Virus record (IMG/VR): IMGVR_UViG_3300017978_000334
Span: 1 to 26,812 of that record
DNA from: a virus
Lineage: Duplodnaviria > Caudoviricetes
Reading direction: 5' to 3' (one strand)
Length of the DNA stretch: 26,812 nucleotides
In this document: positions 26,567-26,812 of the stretch, piece after piece
How the letters are laid out: every line of letters begins with the position of its first letter
How positions within the stretch are numbered: the first letter of the stretch is position 1
Made by a program: the position numbers and the translations under genes
Notes under the pieces: generated by a model
What the model was told of the DNA's origin: nothing
What the model saw: the letters and a program-made list of their open reading frames with translations, nothing else
Databases searched by the model: none

Positions 26567-26812
26567 CACCTTCCTGATGTAGTACACGTTGGCAGTTCGC
26601 ACATACTGTCTTGAGATTAGTGGGTCTACAGTTATCCAGATTTCCATCTATGTGAAATACATTAAAGACTTTTACGTTTTTACTTTTAAATCCGCATTTC
26701 TCACAAAAGTCTTTTTGTCTATAACCTAGTTGATACCATCTAGGTTTTTTGGGTGTAGCACCACGGGCACAACTGTCACACTGACTCCTGTAAAATACTT
26801 TCTTTCCCTTGT
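26529..26812 (-). CDS. HNH-like zinc-finger protein (start lies beyond the window; absent from the ORF track)
   Basis: Manual translation gives KGKKVFYRSQCDSCARGATPKKPRWYQLGYRQKDFCEKCGFKSKNVKVFNVFHIDGNLDNCRPTNLKTVCANCQRVLHQEGVKWRQGDLTPDF-TGA. It contains three CxxC pairs and the HIDGNxxNxxxxNL HNH core. Confidence 0.8.
   Translation of the reverse strand, partial: KGKKVFYRSQCDSCARGATPKKPRWYQLGYRQKDFCEKCGFKSKNVKVFNVFHIDGNLDNCRPTNLKTVCANCQRVLHQEGVKWRQGDLTPDF

Noticed and set aside
1-26812. Stop-codon reassignment (as in some large phages)
   Set aside because: Multi-kilobase genes are uninterrupted in code 11. Real genes end in TAA, with one TGA. The absence of TAG stops among 10 genes is too small a sample to mean anything.
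1-26812. Diversity-generating retroelement, CRISPR array, tRNA or invertase shufflon
   Set aside because: I saw no reverse transcriptase or recombinase, no adenine-specific TR/VR pair and no spaced identical repeats. Intergenic gaps are all under about 60 bp, leaving no room for RNA genes.

Overview
The window is part of the virion-morphogenesis region of a large T4-like (myovirus-type, probably jumbo) bacteriophage. It is AT-rich, very densely coded and uses the standard genetic code. In order it holds: a 5'-truncated beta-repeat fibre protein (<2-4375, +); a giant 3713-aa multidomain fibre/spike protein (4432-15573, +); a bidirectional GNRA-loop terminator; and a minus-strand block of a NUDIX hydrolase, a gp15-like tail terminator and a gp14-like neck protein. 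Back-to-back TAAATA late-type promoters follow, then two more fibre-like genes, a gp13-like neck protein, a sigma70-driven dNMP kinase and a truncated degenerate HNH/zinc-finger gene. The most striking signal is inside the 3713-aa protein: seven ~140-165-aa helical repeats, each with an invariant C-x-R-D. One copy reads KCARDVGYIVDAITYDVLYGG, which closely resembles the bilin-attachment helix of phycobiliproteins. The whole array is inserted into a pectin-lyase-like beta-helix. All family assignments come from motif recognition by eye, not from database searches.
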